A DNA stretch of 33,645 bases from Dimargaris cristalligena. Its lineage: Eukaryota. The position numbers were made by a program, and so were the translations under genes. Of the stretch, positions 1 through 10,560 are shown piece after piece (position 1 is the first letter of the stretch; every line of letters begins with the position of its first letter). The notes beneath the pieces were generated by a model. That model saw nothing but the letters and a program-made list of their open reading frames with translations, was not told the origin of the DNA and did no database searches. The stretch is from NCBI GenBank assembly GCA_003614675.1, contig ML002403.1, positions 1-33,645 of the forward strand. Direction: 5' to 3'.

Positions 1-1222
1 AGGGGATAATATTACTACTAGGTCGAGGAGAGGAGGTAAACAAAGCTGGTGGTGACGGTATGGTTGCGGCCGAGGGTTCATTTTATAGCCCCGCTAGAGG
101 GTTATACGGACGAGAATGAGGTCACCGTGGATTTTTTTCATGCCGCGGGATATACACACATTTCCTTTCCTTTACACACACACACACCAACCAAGGTCCC
201 CACAGGTGTGACACGGCCAAACCCTGTGGCACACCGCCAATCATTCTCCGTTTGGACACACTGGTCAACCGTGCCAAGCCTTCGACGCAGAAGGTGGGGC
301 AGTTCACATCCTCACTAACCCTCTATTAAAATATTGGCCTGGGCCTACTTGATGACCTTGACCAGTTCCTCGTCGGGTGGTACCGGCGGATTGCCCTTAC
401 GCTCTTTGGCAACCACCACCATATCTGAACAGCAACAACAATCTATACCACCATTACACTCTATACAACCTTCATTTAAAGGACTTGTAACGGTTCGTCT
501 TTCCCAGGGGATCCCGCCACTTTAATCAGCGGGTTGATAAGTTAGGTGTGTTGTCACGCCATATATATATATGTGTTATGACCGCAAAGGGGAATTGCTA
601 AAGGTTATATTTAATAGTAGCGACCTTTCAGCTCGATCCGACGTAAAACACCTAGGTGGTTGTTAGTGGTCTACGTTATACATTCCCCAGAAAAAGGAAA
701 TGGTAATAGGAATGGGCCTGGGAAATTCAGGTAAACTGCTCACCAATCCCTTGACAGGGCAAAAGGTTCATTGGCAGCCCCCTCCTCCCTCGCTCACAAC
801 TAAGCTCCTACAACTATACAACAAAACCACCCAGTAAGGCCAGACAAATCATATATACATACATTGGATGCGCATTTTATTGTCCTAAAAACACAAGGTG
901 ATTGTTCCGTCATTGAACCCGCGCCAAGACACAACAACGAACAATGAATTTTTAAACGTAATAAAATTCATAACAGTGGGAAGGCATTCCGCGGTGATTA
1001 ACGGAGTGAGTAAGAGAAACAGTCACACACGGAAGCAGAGAGGGGGTAGAGAAAAGGTAAGAGAGTAAATAAAAGAGTGGGTGAGAGAGAAAGCAGGGGA
1101 AGGTGTGGAGAGATGAGAGGGATAGTATGTATGGGATTATAAATAAAAAGGGGGCTTTCCACCTCCTCTACCCCACCCCTCGGATCCAATCCAACCAACG
1201 CCTAGCTATCAACCACTACTGC

Positions 1223-2675
1223 TTAGTAACGGTAGTGTTCGGGCTTGAAAGGACCCTCGGGGTTGAGGTTCAGGTATTCGGCCTGGACGGAGGTGAGCTT
1301 GGTGAGTTTGACACCGAGCTTGTCGAGGTGGGCGGCGGCCACTTCCTCGTCGAGCTTCTTGGGCAGCATGTGCACGCCCAGGGGGTAGGCGGCGGCGTTG
1401 GTCCAGAGGGCAATCTGGGCTAGGACCTGGTTGGAGAAGGAGTTGGACATGACGAAAGAAGGGTGGCCAGTGGCACAGGCCAGGTTGACCAGACGGCCTT
1501 CGGCCAAGAGGATCACGTGGCGGCCGTTGGCCATGGTAAAGCGGTCGACACCGGGCTTGATGGAAGACACAGACTGGGCGTTATTCTTGAGCCAGGCCAC
1601 GTCGATTTCAATGTCGAAATGGCCAATGTTGCACACGATGGAGTCGTCCAACATACGGCTGAGGTGCTCGCCGGTGATGATGTCGCGGTTACCGGTGGTG
1701 GTCACGAAGATGTTGGCTTCGGCGACGGCGTCCTCCATGGTGGTGACTTCGTAACCTTCCATGGCGGCCTGCAGGGCGTTGATGGGATCAATTTCGGTGA
1801 TCAGGACACGGGCGCCCATACCGCGCAGAGCGGCGGCACTGCCCTTGCCCACATCACCGTAGCCGGCCACGACGGCGACCTTACCGGCGATCATCACATC
1901 GGTGGCGCGCTTGATGCCGTCAATCAGGGACTCACGGCAGCCGTACAGGTTGTCAAACTTGCTCTTAGTCACGGAGTCGTTGACGTTGATGGCGGGGACC
2001 TTGAGCTTGCCCTCCTTGAGCATCTGGTAGAGGTGGTGAACACCGGTGGTGGTCTCCTCGGAGACACCCCGGATTTCGGCCAGGTACTGGGGGTACTTCT
2101 CGTGGACCAGGGTGGTCAGATCACCACCGTCATCCAGGATCATGTTCAGGGGCTTGCCCTCAGGGAAGGCGGCGAGGGTCTGGTCAATGCACCAGAGGTA
2201 TTCCTCGTCGGTCTCGCCCTTCCAGGCGTACACGGGCACCCCGGTGGCGGCGATGGCGGCGGCGGCGTGGTCCTGGGTGGAGAAGATGTTGCAAGAGCTC
2301 CAGGTGACTTGGGCGCCCAGGGCGGTGAGGGTCTCGATCAGCACGGCGGTCTGGACAGTCATGTGCAGGCAACCGGCGATGCGGGCACCCTTGAGGGGCT
2401 GGGAAGGACCGTACTTCAGGCGCAGGGCCATCAGACCGGGCATTTCGTTCTCGGCAAGCTCGATCTCCTTGCGACCGAATTCGGCCAGGGACATGTCAGC
2501 TACGGGTGAGGGTTAGAGGGTTATATCAGGGAAAGTGGTTAATACGGGAGTTGGTTATTCAGCAGTCTATATAGAAAAACAAGGCAAGGCTAGCAGGCGA
2601 GAGCTACTTGGAGGGCCTCGGGCTCGAGAGGACAGCGAGGGATTGCAACTTACCGACTTTGTAGGTTTGGGCCAT
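1223..2675 (-). CDS. SAH1: S-adenosylhomocysteine hydrolase (adenosylhomocysteinase), 2 exons: 2675-2654, 2499-1223
   Basis: Motifs [45 protein letters not shown] and C-terminal [11 protein letters not shown] 22-nt first exon (MAQTYKV) with GTAAGT donor, CTAAC branch and TAG acceptor gives the canonical start [20 protein letters not shown]. Confidence 0.98.
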
Positions 2676-3620
2676 GGTGTCAATAGGGAGGGGAGGGAAG
2701 TATGAGATCCGAGTGAAACAGGCAAGAGTAAAATGAAGTGAAGTAAAGGAAAGGAACGGGGAACAAGAAGCAAGCTGCGTGTGGGGTGGGGTATTTAAAA
2801 GTGAGGGGGGAGCAGCCTAGTCTGCCTATATACCACTCAGCAGCTGGAGAAGGAAGGGGGTGGTGCATATAGTTTAGGTTGGTTGGGGTCTCCCTCTCTC
2901 TCTGGCTGCCCTTCTTTCCTCTTCTACCCTCACTATAACTACCATTAACTACTATTACTATATGATGATGATGGTGGGGGGGGGGATTGTTAGTATTATT
3001 ACTATTCCTATTACTAACTAATATATTATCCAACCAGCACTATTCTCCCCTGGTCGGCCGCATGGCGTGATAAACCCCCACCTCGCTAACGGATCGACGG
3101 TGATTGGATTGGATCAACCAGGAGGAAAAAAAGCCGGTCCCGTAGCTGGAGTAAGGCACGTGATACCAATTGGCCACCCTAGGAATAATATATTATGGTG
3201 GCATTTAGATTATACATCAGGTTTAGATTACATCATAATCTCAAGGAAAGGAAAGGGGTTTGTTGACTATTCATAGGGGGGGTCAAATATACGTCATATA
3301 TAATAATTAATTGTAGAGGAAAGAATGCGATCCAGGTATGCATCCGAAACCTACGCGGTTGCCGCAGCCCTTCTTAGATAGCAAGGGGTGCACCAGCAAG
3401 TTAGCAACCCTCTAACTAACCAGCTTAAATTGTTCATCAGGTGTTAGGGTGAGTGGCAAAGAAAGCAAGAGAGAGAGAGAAAGAGCGCTGCTTGATTTAT
3501 TGGTTCTGGCGTGTTTATGTATGGGGGGGGGGGCATTTATTTACTCTATGCACTTCCACCGCGCCTCCCTCCCCTTTAACTGGCTCTCCTGTATATTCCA
3601 TTCGTATTTCGCACTTTTCA

Positions 3621-4160
3621 ATGACCGCTCCACCACCCCGCAAATCCCTTTTCCGTTCGAGGGCTCCCGCGCCGACCTACTCCCCCACCCAAGCCTCGGT
3701 CCTCAAGGAGTACGCCCTTTTACAGCGCCGGGTCCAGGGCATCAACGAGCAGATCCAGACCCTCAATGCAGCCGAACTGCCTGCTCTCATGGACACATTA
3801 CGAACGGTGGAACGTCAATCCGCCCTGGTCTTCACCCTCATTCAGTCCTCCGTCTACTCGCTCATTGCCGAACAGGAAGAAGGGCCCCCTCCTCCCGAAG
3901 CTGACCCTTGGGAACAAGCGGTGACCGCCTCGTCCGTCCACACCCCCCGGGACTCTTATCAGCAGACCCACCCGGCCTTCGTCTCCCCCGCCCTCCACCA
4001 CCCTCCCCCCACCGGCAGTAGCCACCAGTCTAACCTTGGCTCCCGGCTTCGACCGCCTGGCGAGTCATCGATACCCTCCTGTCCCTCCACAGTATCCACT
4101 ACACTACCCCCACCCAGCACCATACGCTTCAACCTTGGTCCCCGCTCCCGTCCCCGGTAG
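3621..4160 (+). CDS. DAD3: DASH/Dam1 complex subunit Dad3 with Pro/Ser-rich C-terminal extension (179 aa)
   Basis: YSPTQASVLKEYALL...LMDTLRTVERQSALVFTLIQSSVYSLI matches the Dad3 pattern (SPxQxxVLxxY...LRxxERKxxLVxTLxKxSVYS). ATG at 3621 follows a pyrimidine-rich leader. Confidence 0.85.
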   Translation: MTAPPPRKSLFRSRAPAPTYSPTQASVLKEYALLQRRVQGINEQIQTLNAAELPALMDTLRTVERQSALVFTLIQSSVYSLIAEQEEGPPPPEADPWEQAVTASSVHTPRDSYQQTHPAFVSPALHHPPPTGSSHQSNLGSRLRPPGESSIPSCPSTVSTTLPPPSTIRFNLGPRSRPR

Positions 4161-4742
4161 TCCAGCTTCATCGCACACCCGTCTCCACGTCGTCCTCAAA
4201 CTGTATTTTATTCCACCCATGGCGGCTTTCTTGTGCATGGGACGACAGGCCCTTCCGTATCCAGCGATACTCCTAAATGGCCCAGTTTTCCCCGCCTGCT
4301 GTATAACCCATCAATCTCGAGCACCTCTAGCCTGTTACGAGAGAAGGAAAGAGAAATTAGGCATATAATATATATATATATATATGTATGTGTGTGGATG
4401 CGGAGGATCTGGTCCTCTGGGCGTGCTGCACTCTAATCTATATTTCGTTGAATATAATGTGTGGTTCGGATGACCATTGGGCCTATAGGTGGTCCCATAT
4501 GGTGCAGCTGGTATATAGATGGAACCCGGCAGGTGGAAAATGTCCTATAAAATAAAATAAAGTAAAATAAAATAATCCCAAATTTAATCAAAAGGGCCGC
4601 AGTAAAAAGGCAGCGGCAGTTCGGTCTACCAAAGGGCTGGTTCGCCTAACCAACCCACGGGGATAATTAACCCGATATACAACAGGGAGGTGGTGAGTTG
4701 CCCAGAGCAAACTCCGACCAGCTGAGGTTGGCGAGGGGAAGA

Positions 4743-5405
4743 TTACGCAGGTCGGCTTAGCCGCCACGCCACGTACTCATCCAACAGGGTCGGCCAAGCG
4801 GCGGTGGGGTCGTATGCGGAACAGTCGCCCGGTACCGTCTGGCTAAATTCGTAGAAGCTGATCCACTGGTCGCGGTTAATGACCCGCAGCTGACTGTGCT
4901 GGCGCAGGTACTCGACGAAGGGCTGGGTATGGGGGCTATCGGGCAGCAGCGAGGGAAGGATTTCGGTGGCAATGGCTACATCCAGCGACTTTTGGGAGGG
5001 CTCCTTGGTAAAACCGAACATCCAGGTGTAGTACTTTTTGCTGTAGTCGGGGCTCCACCGCTGGTCCTTCCATATAGGTAAATGGGCGCGCAGCTCGTCT
5101 AGAGTGCTGCATTGGCACTGTGCTAGGCCCTGGACAAACTCGATCTCGCTGAAATAGCCCATGGATGCCGCCCCTAGTTTCCAGGCCAGGACCAGATACT
5201 CCTCCTGCTCCGCATTGATGTCCAAGTCTCGGCACAAGTCCTCAATACCGTCGGGGGTAATACGGGCCTCGCCGGGGTCTTTATACTTTCGGAATAGGGC
5301 CAGGCGGGCAGGGGACGCCTCGGCACTCGCGGTGGAGGTCGACTTCCGGGAGCGTTTGGCCGAGGTGGTTCGCTTGGAGGTGGTGCTACTTCGTTCTCCG
5401 TTCAT
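4743..5405 (-). CDS. DCN1: DCN1-like cullin neddylation co-E3 (DCUN1D4/5 type, basic N-terminus, no UBA domain)
   Basis: ITPDGIEDLCRDL, LVLAWKLGAASMGYFS, INRDQWISFYEF and YDPTAAWPTLLDEYV are PONY-domain motifs. First ATG is at 5405. Confidence 0.92.
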   Translation of the reverse strand: MNGERSSTTSKRTTSAKRSRKSTSTASAEASPARLALFRKYKDPGEARITPDGIEDLCRDLDINAEQEEYLVLAWKLGAASMGYFSEIEFVQGLAQCQCSTLDELRAHLPIWKDQRWSPDYSKKYYTWMFGFTKEPSQKSLDVAIATEILPSLLPDSPHTQPFVEYLRQHSQLRVINRDQWISFYEFSQTVPGDCSAYDPTAAWPTLLDEYVAWRLSRPA

Positions 5406-6034
5406 GGTCGTCCTCCGGGAATGCGGGTGGTGGTGAGTTGGGTGGGGAATGAGACAGGGCCAGTTAGAAATTGGGGGTGCGACCCTAACCCTTACTAACC
5501 AAACTGTCGAGTAAAAGGAGGTGGTGGTGGTGGTAAATATTAATAGCAATAGAGGAACTGGGAAAGTCAAGGGATGTTCTCATTTAGGGAGAGGGAGGGA
5601 ACCACCAGCTTCCTAGCTGCTTTAGAGGACGAGGGGGCTCTCTTTCTCGCCTGCCCTATTCGCCGCTGGATTGCTTTGGGCCAAAGAAACCCAGCGGGGA
5701 GCGCAAGAGCTATGGCACCACCACCGCCTTTTTTACTGCTGCCTATAGTTTTGGAGAGGAGGGCCTGCCTACCGATTGAATTCCCGCTCCATTCCCCCTC
5801 CCGTTTGACGATCCCGCATATAAAGACAGAGTTAGTTGGTCTACCGTTGTGACCTGGACGCCAGTCGATTAGTAGATGCCCCTTCACCGCTCCATTTAGC
5901 CCATATAACCCCATCTAACCACACCATTTGTGAGTTTGAGACCCCACGGGTGTGCCCCACATTACCACCGGTAATAAGTGGCTGTGTTCTGGACGTACAG
6001 CCTCTATTAATAACCATCGGTTCGCGCGTGAGGC

Positions 6035-6926
6035 ATGGTCGGGGAGACTTCCGACGGGAGTTCTACGACAGTCCAAAGCCCGTCCCTTTTCATTCGACAG
6101 GTCGAGCGCACCAAGCTTCCGTTCACGCCGGACTTTACAGGTACAAGAATTGACCAGAACAGGCTGACAAAGCCCCTCTTTTTGCGCCCCTCTCCACAGC
6201 ACCATTAATGGGGGAGAGCGGGTATTTTATTTATCCTACTAGCCGCAAACGCTAATGCCTTCTTCCTATATACGCGACCATTTTCAATCATCGAACCGAA
6301 TACCCAGGGGATCCTCCTCAACGCGCCCAGGTGACTGGCATTATCACCTCGATTCACCAAACGGCGACCTACATGTCCTACACTGGTAAGTTGGACCCAA
6401 CCCTACAACTACTATGCATTGAACCACAGCCCCCCTACAAACTCTTCGAACTAACCCTCAGTTGGATTTACGTCCACAATTGATACACCGCGCTCTAGTG
6501 GATGACGGGACGGGGGCATTGCCATGTATTTCCTGGATCCCGGCCCACCTGCGCAACCAGCCCGAGCACCAGCCCGACTTTGACCTGGGTCAGCTAGTAT
6601 CCGTCGAAGGCCGGCTGTCGGATTACAAAGGGACCCGGCAAATGACCATCCAGACCATCCGTAAGTAATCTGGGTGGTTAGGGACGCGATGAGTCTCTCC
6701 AATGGGGATCCCACAGGTTTGATAAATAACGGTGCCATATAGGGGGGTGTTTTTTGTAGCTCGCAGAAAGCCTATCGCTAATGAACTTAGTAGTTGGTGC
6801 TGATTATTTTTAAACCGTGCCACCTCACTTGATGATGGCACCACAACAGGTCGACTGGAGGACCCCAACGAAGAAATCCACCACTGGCTCCAGGTCGTGT
6901 ATAACCACCGAACGTTGGCTGGTTAG
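6035..6926 (+). CDS. STN1-like (CST)/RPA2-family single OB-fold protein, 140 aa; exons 6035-6140, 6308-6385, 6499-6660, 6850-6926
   Basis: Four GT-AG exons join in frame (423 nt). Motifs LFIRQV, QVTGIIT, YTVDDGTGALPCISW, LGQLVSVEGRLSDYKGTRQMTI and EDPNEEIHHWLQV are typical of the STN1/RPA32 OB fold. The first-intron boundaries are the least certain. Confidence 0.75.
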
Positions 6927-7396
6927 GGTTAATCTATCCACCATTGCTTTGGAATCCCAATGATGCCATAATAAATATAGCCGCTTGGATCAAACTAGGT
7001 TAGGGGAATTTTTTAAACCATGGAATATAGCTGCTACAATTACTATTATCATTACAATTACCCCATGTTCCCTCGACTCCTCCTCTAGAGGAGGAGGGGA
7101 TGGTGCCATTTTCGCCACAGTTTAACTTGGGCCGCCGGGCACTAATTGGGGGGGGGTGGCCCGGGAGTATTGCGTGGCCCAGACAGACCACCATGCAGTA
7201 CAAGTGGCGGTGGTAAACATTGGCCACATTCCATTTACGCTAACCCGATAATTACGGGTTGGTATTTTTTCTGTAAAAAAATTTCCTTCGCTAATAAATT
7301 GGCTTCTTTACTCTCCATAACCTCATTAACCCTCACCCTCATTTCAGCTATACCTTCGCTGATCCCCCTCTTCTTTCAGCCCGCCCCTGAACCGCA

Positions 7397-8427
7397 ATGC
7401 CCTATTACGCCGTGCTATTGGGCCGCCGCCCCGGGATTTACGACAATTGGTAAGCATGGACTGTGTTAGCCCTACGCCTTTCTGGCCAACCCTCCCCCCC
7501 CACTTACCTAAATGCAACCCTCTAACCTAACACTTGGCCCTCCCTATTCATCACCCCCTTCTTGGGAGGGGTTTCTACTTTGACCCTTATTTACTATACT
7601 AGGTCCGACGCTCAAGCCCAAGTTTTTCGGTTCCCCGGTAACCAGTACCGGCGCTTCGAAGATTACTCTGACGCCGAAGATTATATGGAGGGTGTAGAAC
7701 CGCGTTTCATCGACCCGCCCATTCCTTTCTCTTCCTATTCCTCCCCCTATTCCTCTTAATATTCCTCTTCCTCGTCCCTCTCCGCTTCCTCGGATAGGCC
7801 TCCCATTAAAGTGAGCGTGCGCGGACAGGTTAGGGACCCCGGTGGTTCCGACGCAGTGGCCGGGATTGCAGTCTACTGGGGGCTCGATGACCCTCGTAAT
7901 GTCATGGAAAAATTACCCGGTCCCCATCAAACCATCCCTCGGGCCGAGCTGTGGGCCATTCTCCGGGCCCTCAATATCTACACCACCAGTCAGTATGCCA
8001 TCCGTTGCCTGACCGAATGGATAGCGACGTGGAGACGGAATGGCTGGCGGACTTTCTCGAACCAGGCAGTCGCCCACCAGGATATTATCCGTACCGTAGT
8101 CTGCCTCATTAGCCATCGCCCGGGCAAAGTGAACTTTGTAAGTATATCCCGTGATGCATTATGGCATGACTTAACATTGCCTATATGATACCCCTAAAAT
8201 ATGGCCTAGAAAGGGGGGGAGAGATGGTTCATGGTTGTTGCACCAACAAAGATTATTTATGTGTTATTACAGCTAATGGTTTGTCTTTTGTTATATTTGG
8301 GAATTTGGTATCATTGAATGGCTGGGGTCACTTTTAGATTCGGGTGATTAATCCACGGGGATTCCTGATTTTTCAACAGGCCGTCCTATTAGCCAAGCTC
8401 GCGGCCGCATCAGATGATATCCACTAG
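7397..8427 (+). pseudogene. RNase H1 paralogue (hybrid-binding domain + RNase H domain), catalytically degenerate, in-frame TAA at 7757-7759; exons 7397-7449, 7603-8137, 8338-8427
   Basis: N-terminus YYAVLLGRRPGIYDNW...YRRFEDYSDAEDYM is the hybrid-binding domain. AGIAVYWG..DPRN, RAELWAILRAL, WIATWRRNGWRT and HQDII are RNase H1 motifs. Introns have GTAAG donors and TAG acceptors. Whether this is a pseudogene or a pseudoenzyme is unresolved. Confidence 0.8.
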
Positions 8428-9200
8428 TGGTGACTAACGGCTCCTTGGACTATAGGTGGGCTACGGTATTAATATTATTTGGCAAGACCCGTTAAAGAGA
8501 GGCGAACAGCATCACCGACCTCCCCATACCTCACTGCCTACGGGTCGCAAAGGCATTATTCAATGACCGATATTTTACTCTCCATGATTATAACTCAATT
8601 TAGAATGAATCAATTGCAATAGCGCCATGGTTTATTTGCAAAAAGTGGTGTGGGTGAGAATTACCGGCACTGAAGAGAGGAGTCGCTAATGCTATTTTTT
8701 TTGCTAATCCCCGCCATCGATTTTTCCCGTCGCTGAAGGCCCAGTTTCCGAGGTAGAGAGAGCTCCTCACCCACCTGGACGGGGTGATGGTTAGTAGTAG
8801 TAGTGATAAAGGGGTTGCTATATGTATGGCTGACGCAGAAGCGAGGGAGGGAACCTGGCATCCTTCTGCCCCTATGTGTGGAACAGGCCCCGAAGAGAAT
8901 GCAGTGCCGGGTGGTTTACTTATGGTGGGAATAAGAAGTCCCAAAATAGTCGGAGTTACAAGGCCAGCGGAGCTTCCCAAGCTGGGAAAGGAAGAAAAAC
9001 AGGCAATATTCGGTGCCGGCTGGCCACTGAGGCGAGGGTAGAAGCGTAAAGGGTATCATAATACTCTACTTCTACTGCTATTATTACTACTACGGTTTAT
9101 TGTCCTTTGACCGCGCGCATTCCACCACCCGGCTCTTTTCTCTCCCACCTGCGGAATTACCCCGCTCTTCTGTCCTTCGGACTCATTCACTCTCTCCGCC

Positions 9201-9989
9201 ATGGCCCTACTGTCCAAGCAGCTCAACACTTTGGCCCGTGCCTACGTAGGCCACCTCGAACGCAAGCCCCTCCTGACCAAGGCCGCAACAGCCGGGGTGC
9301 TGCTGGGCCTCCAGGAATACCTGGCCCAAGCCCTCTCGGGTACCCGGGCCACCCACCCCCCTAAGGGCTCCTCTTTGGCTCCGCTCCCCCAGGACTCGCC
9401 CCACCTGGCCGTGGTCAAGGCATTGGGTCGTCGTCTAGACCCCAAAGTGGTCCAAATGGCCCTCTACGGCTTCTTCCTGAGCGGTCCCCTTGGTCACTTC
9501 CTTTATGAACTCCTGGGTCGTGCCTTGGCCAAGCGCAAGGGCCCCCTGGTCCCCGTGCTCATGCTCCTGGGCGCTAACCTACTCATCTCGCCCATTCAGA
9601 ACGCAGGTAAATCCCCCCTCCCGCTTAGGCTCTAATTAATACCCTGTGGCATACTCAACCACCTAAAAACATTGTTTACTAACCTCTATCCGAATGGCCT
9701 GTATGTAGTGTATCTCATGGCAATGGCTTTTATTGCCGGCCAGCGGCACCCCGCCCAGCTAGTGACCGTCGTACGGCAGCAACTGCTCCGGCTACAAAAG
9801 ATTTCCTGGGCGCTGTTTCCCCTGGTTCAACTAATCGCCAATCGCTACCTCCGGCCCCCGCTCTGGGTGCCCTTCTTCAATGTGGTGGGCTTTGTTTTCG
9901 GTCTGTACATCAATACCCGCGCCAAGCTCCAGGCCCAGCGGGCTCGTAAGTCGCGGGATAACGAGCCGGGGGATGATGCCCAGTCCTAA
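9201..9989 (+). CDS. Mpv17/PMP22 (PXMP2-like) peroxisomal membrane protein; exons 9201-9606, 9709-9989
   Basis: YxxxLERKPLLTKAATAG, QEYLAQ, YGFFLSGPLGHFLY, SWALFPLVQLIANRYLRPPLWVPFFNVVGFVFGLYIN. Intron GTAAAT...CTAAC...TAG. Confidence 0.92.
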
Positions 9990-10560
9990 TCCCTAGACAG
10001 TCCGGTCCCGTACGACTCGCTTGGCTTTGTGAAGCGCCATTTGGGGTATCCTTATCCACCCCCCCCCCGTGATTCCGTGGACTCGGGCCACGTACACGGT
10101 TCCTTATTTTTAGTAGTTAGTCGGCTGGGACGTGCTGTGGTGCCATGGTGGTTAGTAATTAATAAACTGGTTTTACTCAGAAATGGCGCTGGGCCAGAAT
10201 CGCTGGGTATTAACTAGCCAGGGGTTTGGGCGGCCCCGCCTTCTTTTCTACTCATGTGAGTCGCACTTGAGTATCCCTCCATACCGTCGGAGCACTGTGA
10301 CGCCCGCTCAGCTGCAGTACCCGGTGGTCATACATATACCGGCTACCGAGCTGGAAGTATGCATTGCTGGGGTAGTTGTGCCTTCTCTCCCCGTGGCCTA
10401 GGCCATATCACTGGGCGGGGCCCATGTACCCAATGGCCGGACTTTGTGCTCCCATTTCTTCTTCTTCTATTGCATTCCGTTCCGTCCATTACCCAACCTT
10501 ATTATTCGCTATACCAGCGCGCCCTTACCCGACTTTCCAACTATAGGTTGTATTAGTGCC

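Noticed and set aside
1463-2509. 348-aa plus-strand ORF antisense to SAH1
   Set aside because: Shadow ORF caused by the strong codon bias of a highly expressed gene. It is co-extensive with SAH1 and has no recognisable motifs.
4362-4395. (TA)n, (GA)n and (CT)n tracts here and at about 3467, 13777, 24072, 25650 and 31247
   Set aside because: Ordinary microsatellites. They have no spacer structure, so they are not CRISPR-like or mobile-element derived.
5406-5570. N-terminal extension of the DCN1-like ORF given in the ORF track
   Set aside because: It has a non-ATG start and looks like leader or 5'UTR-intron sequence (GTTAGT/GTAAGG, CTAAC). The first ATG is at 5405.
7757-7759. Possible selenocysteine recoding or alternative genetic code at the RNase H1 internal stop
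   Set aside because: The codon is TAA, not TGA, and lies in a low-complexity linker. TAA, TAG and TGA all serve as normal terminators in other genes of the window.
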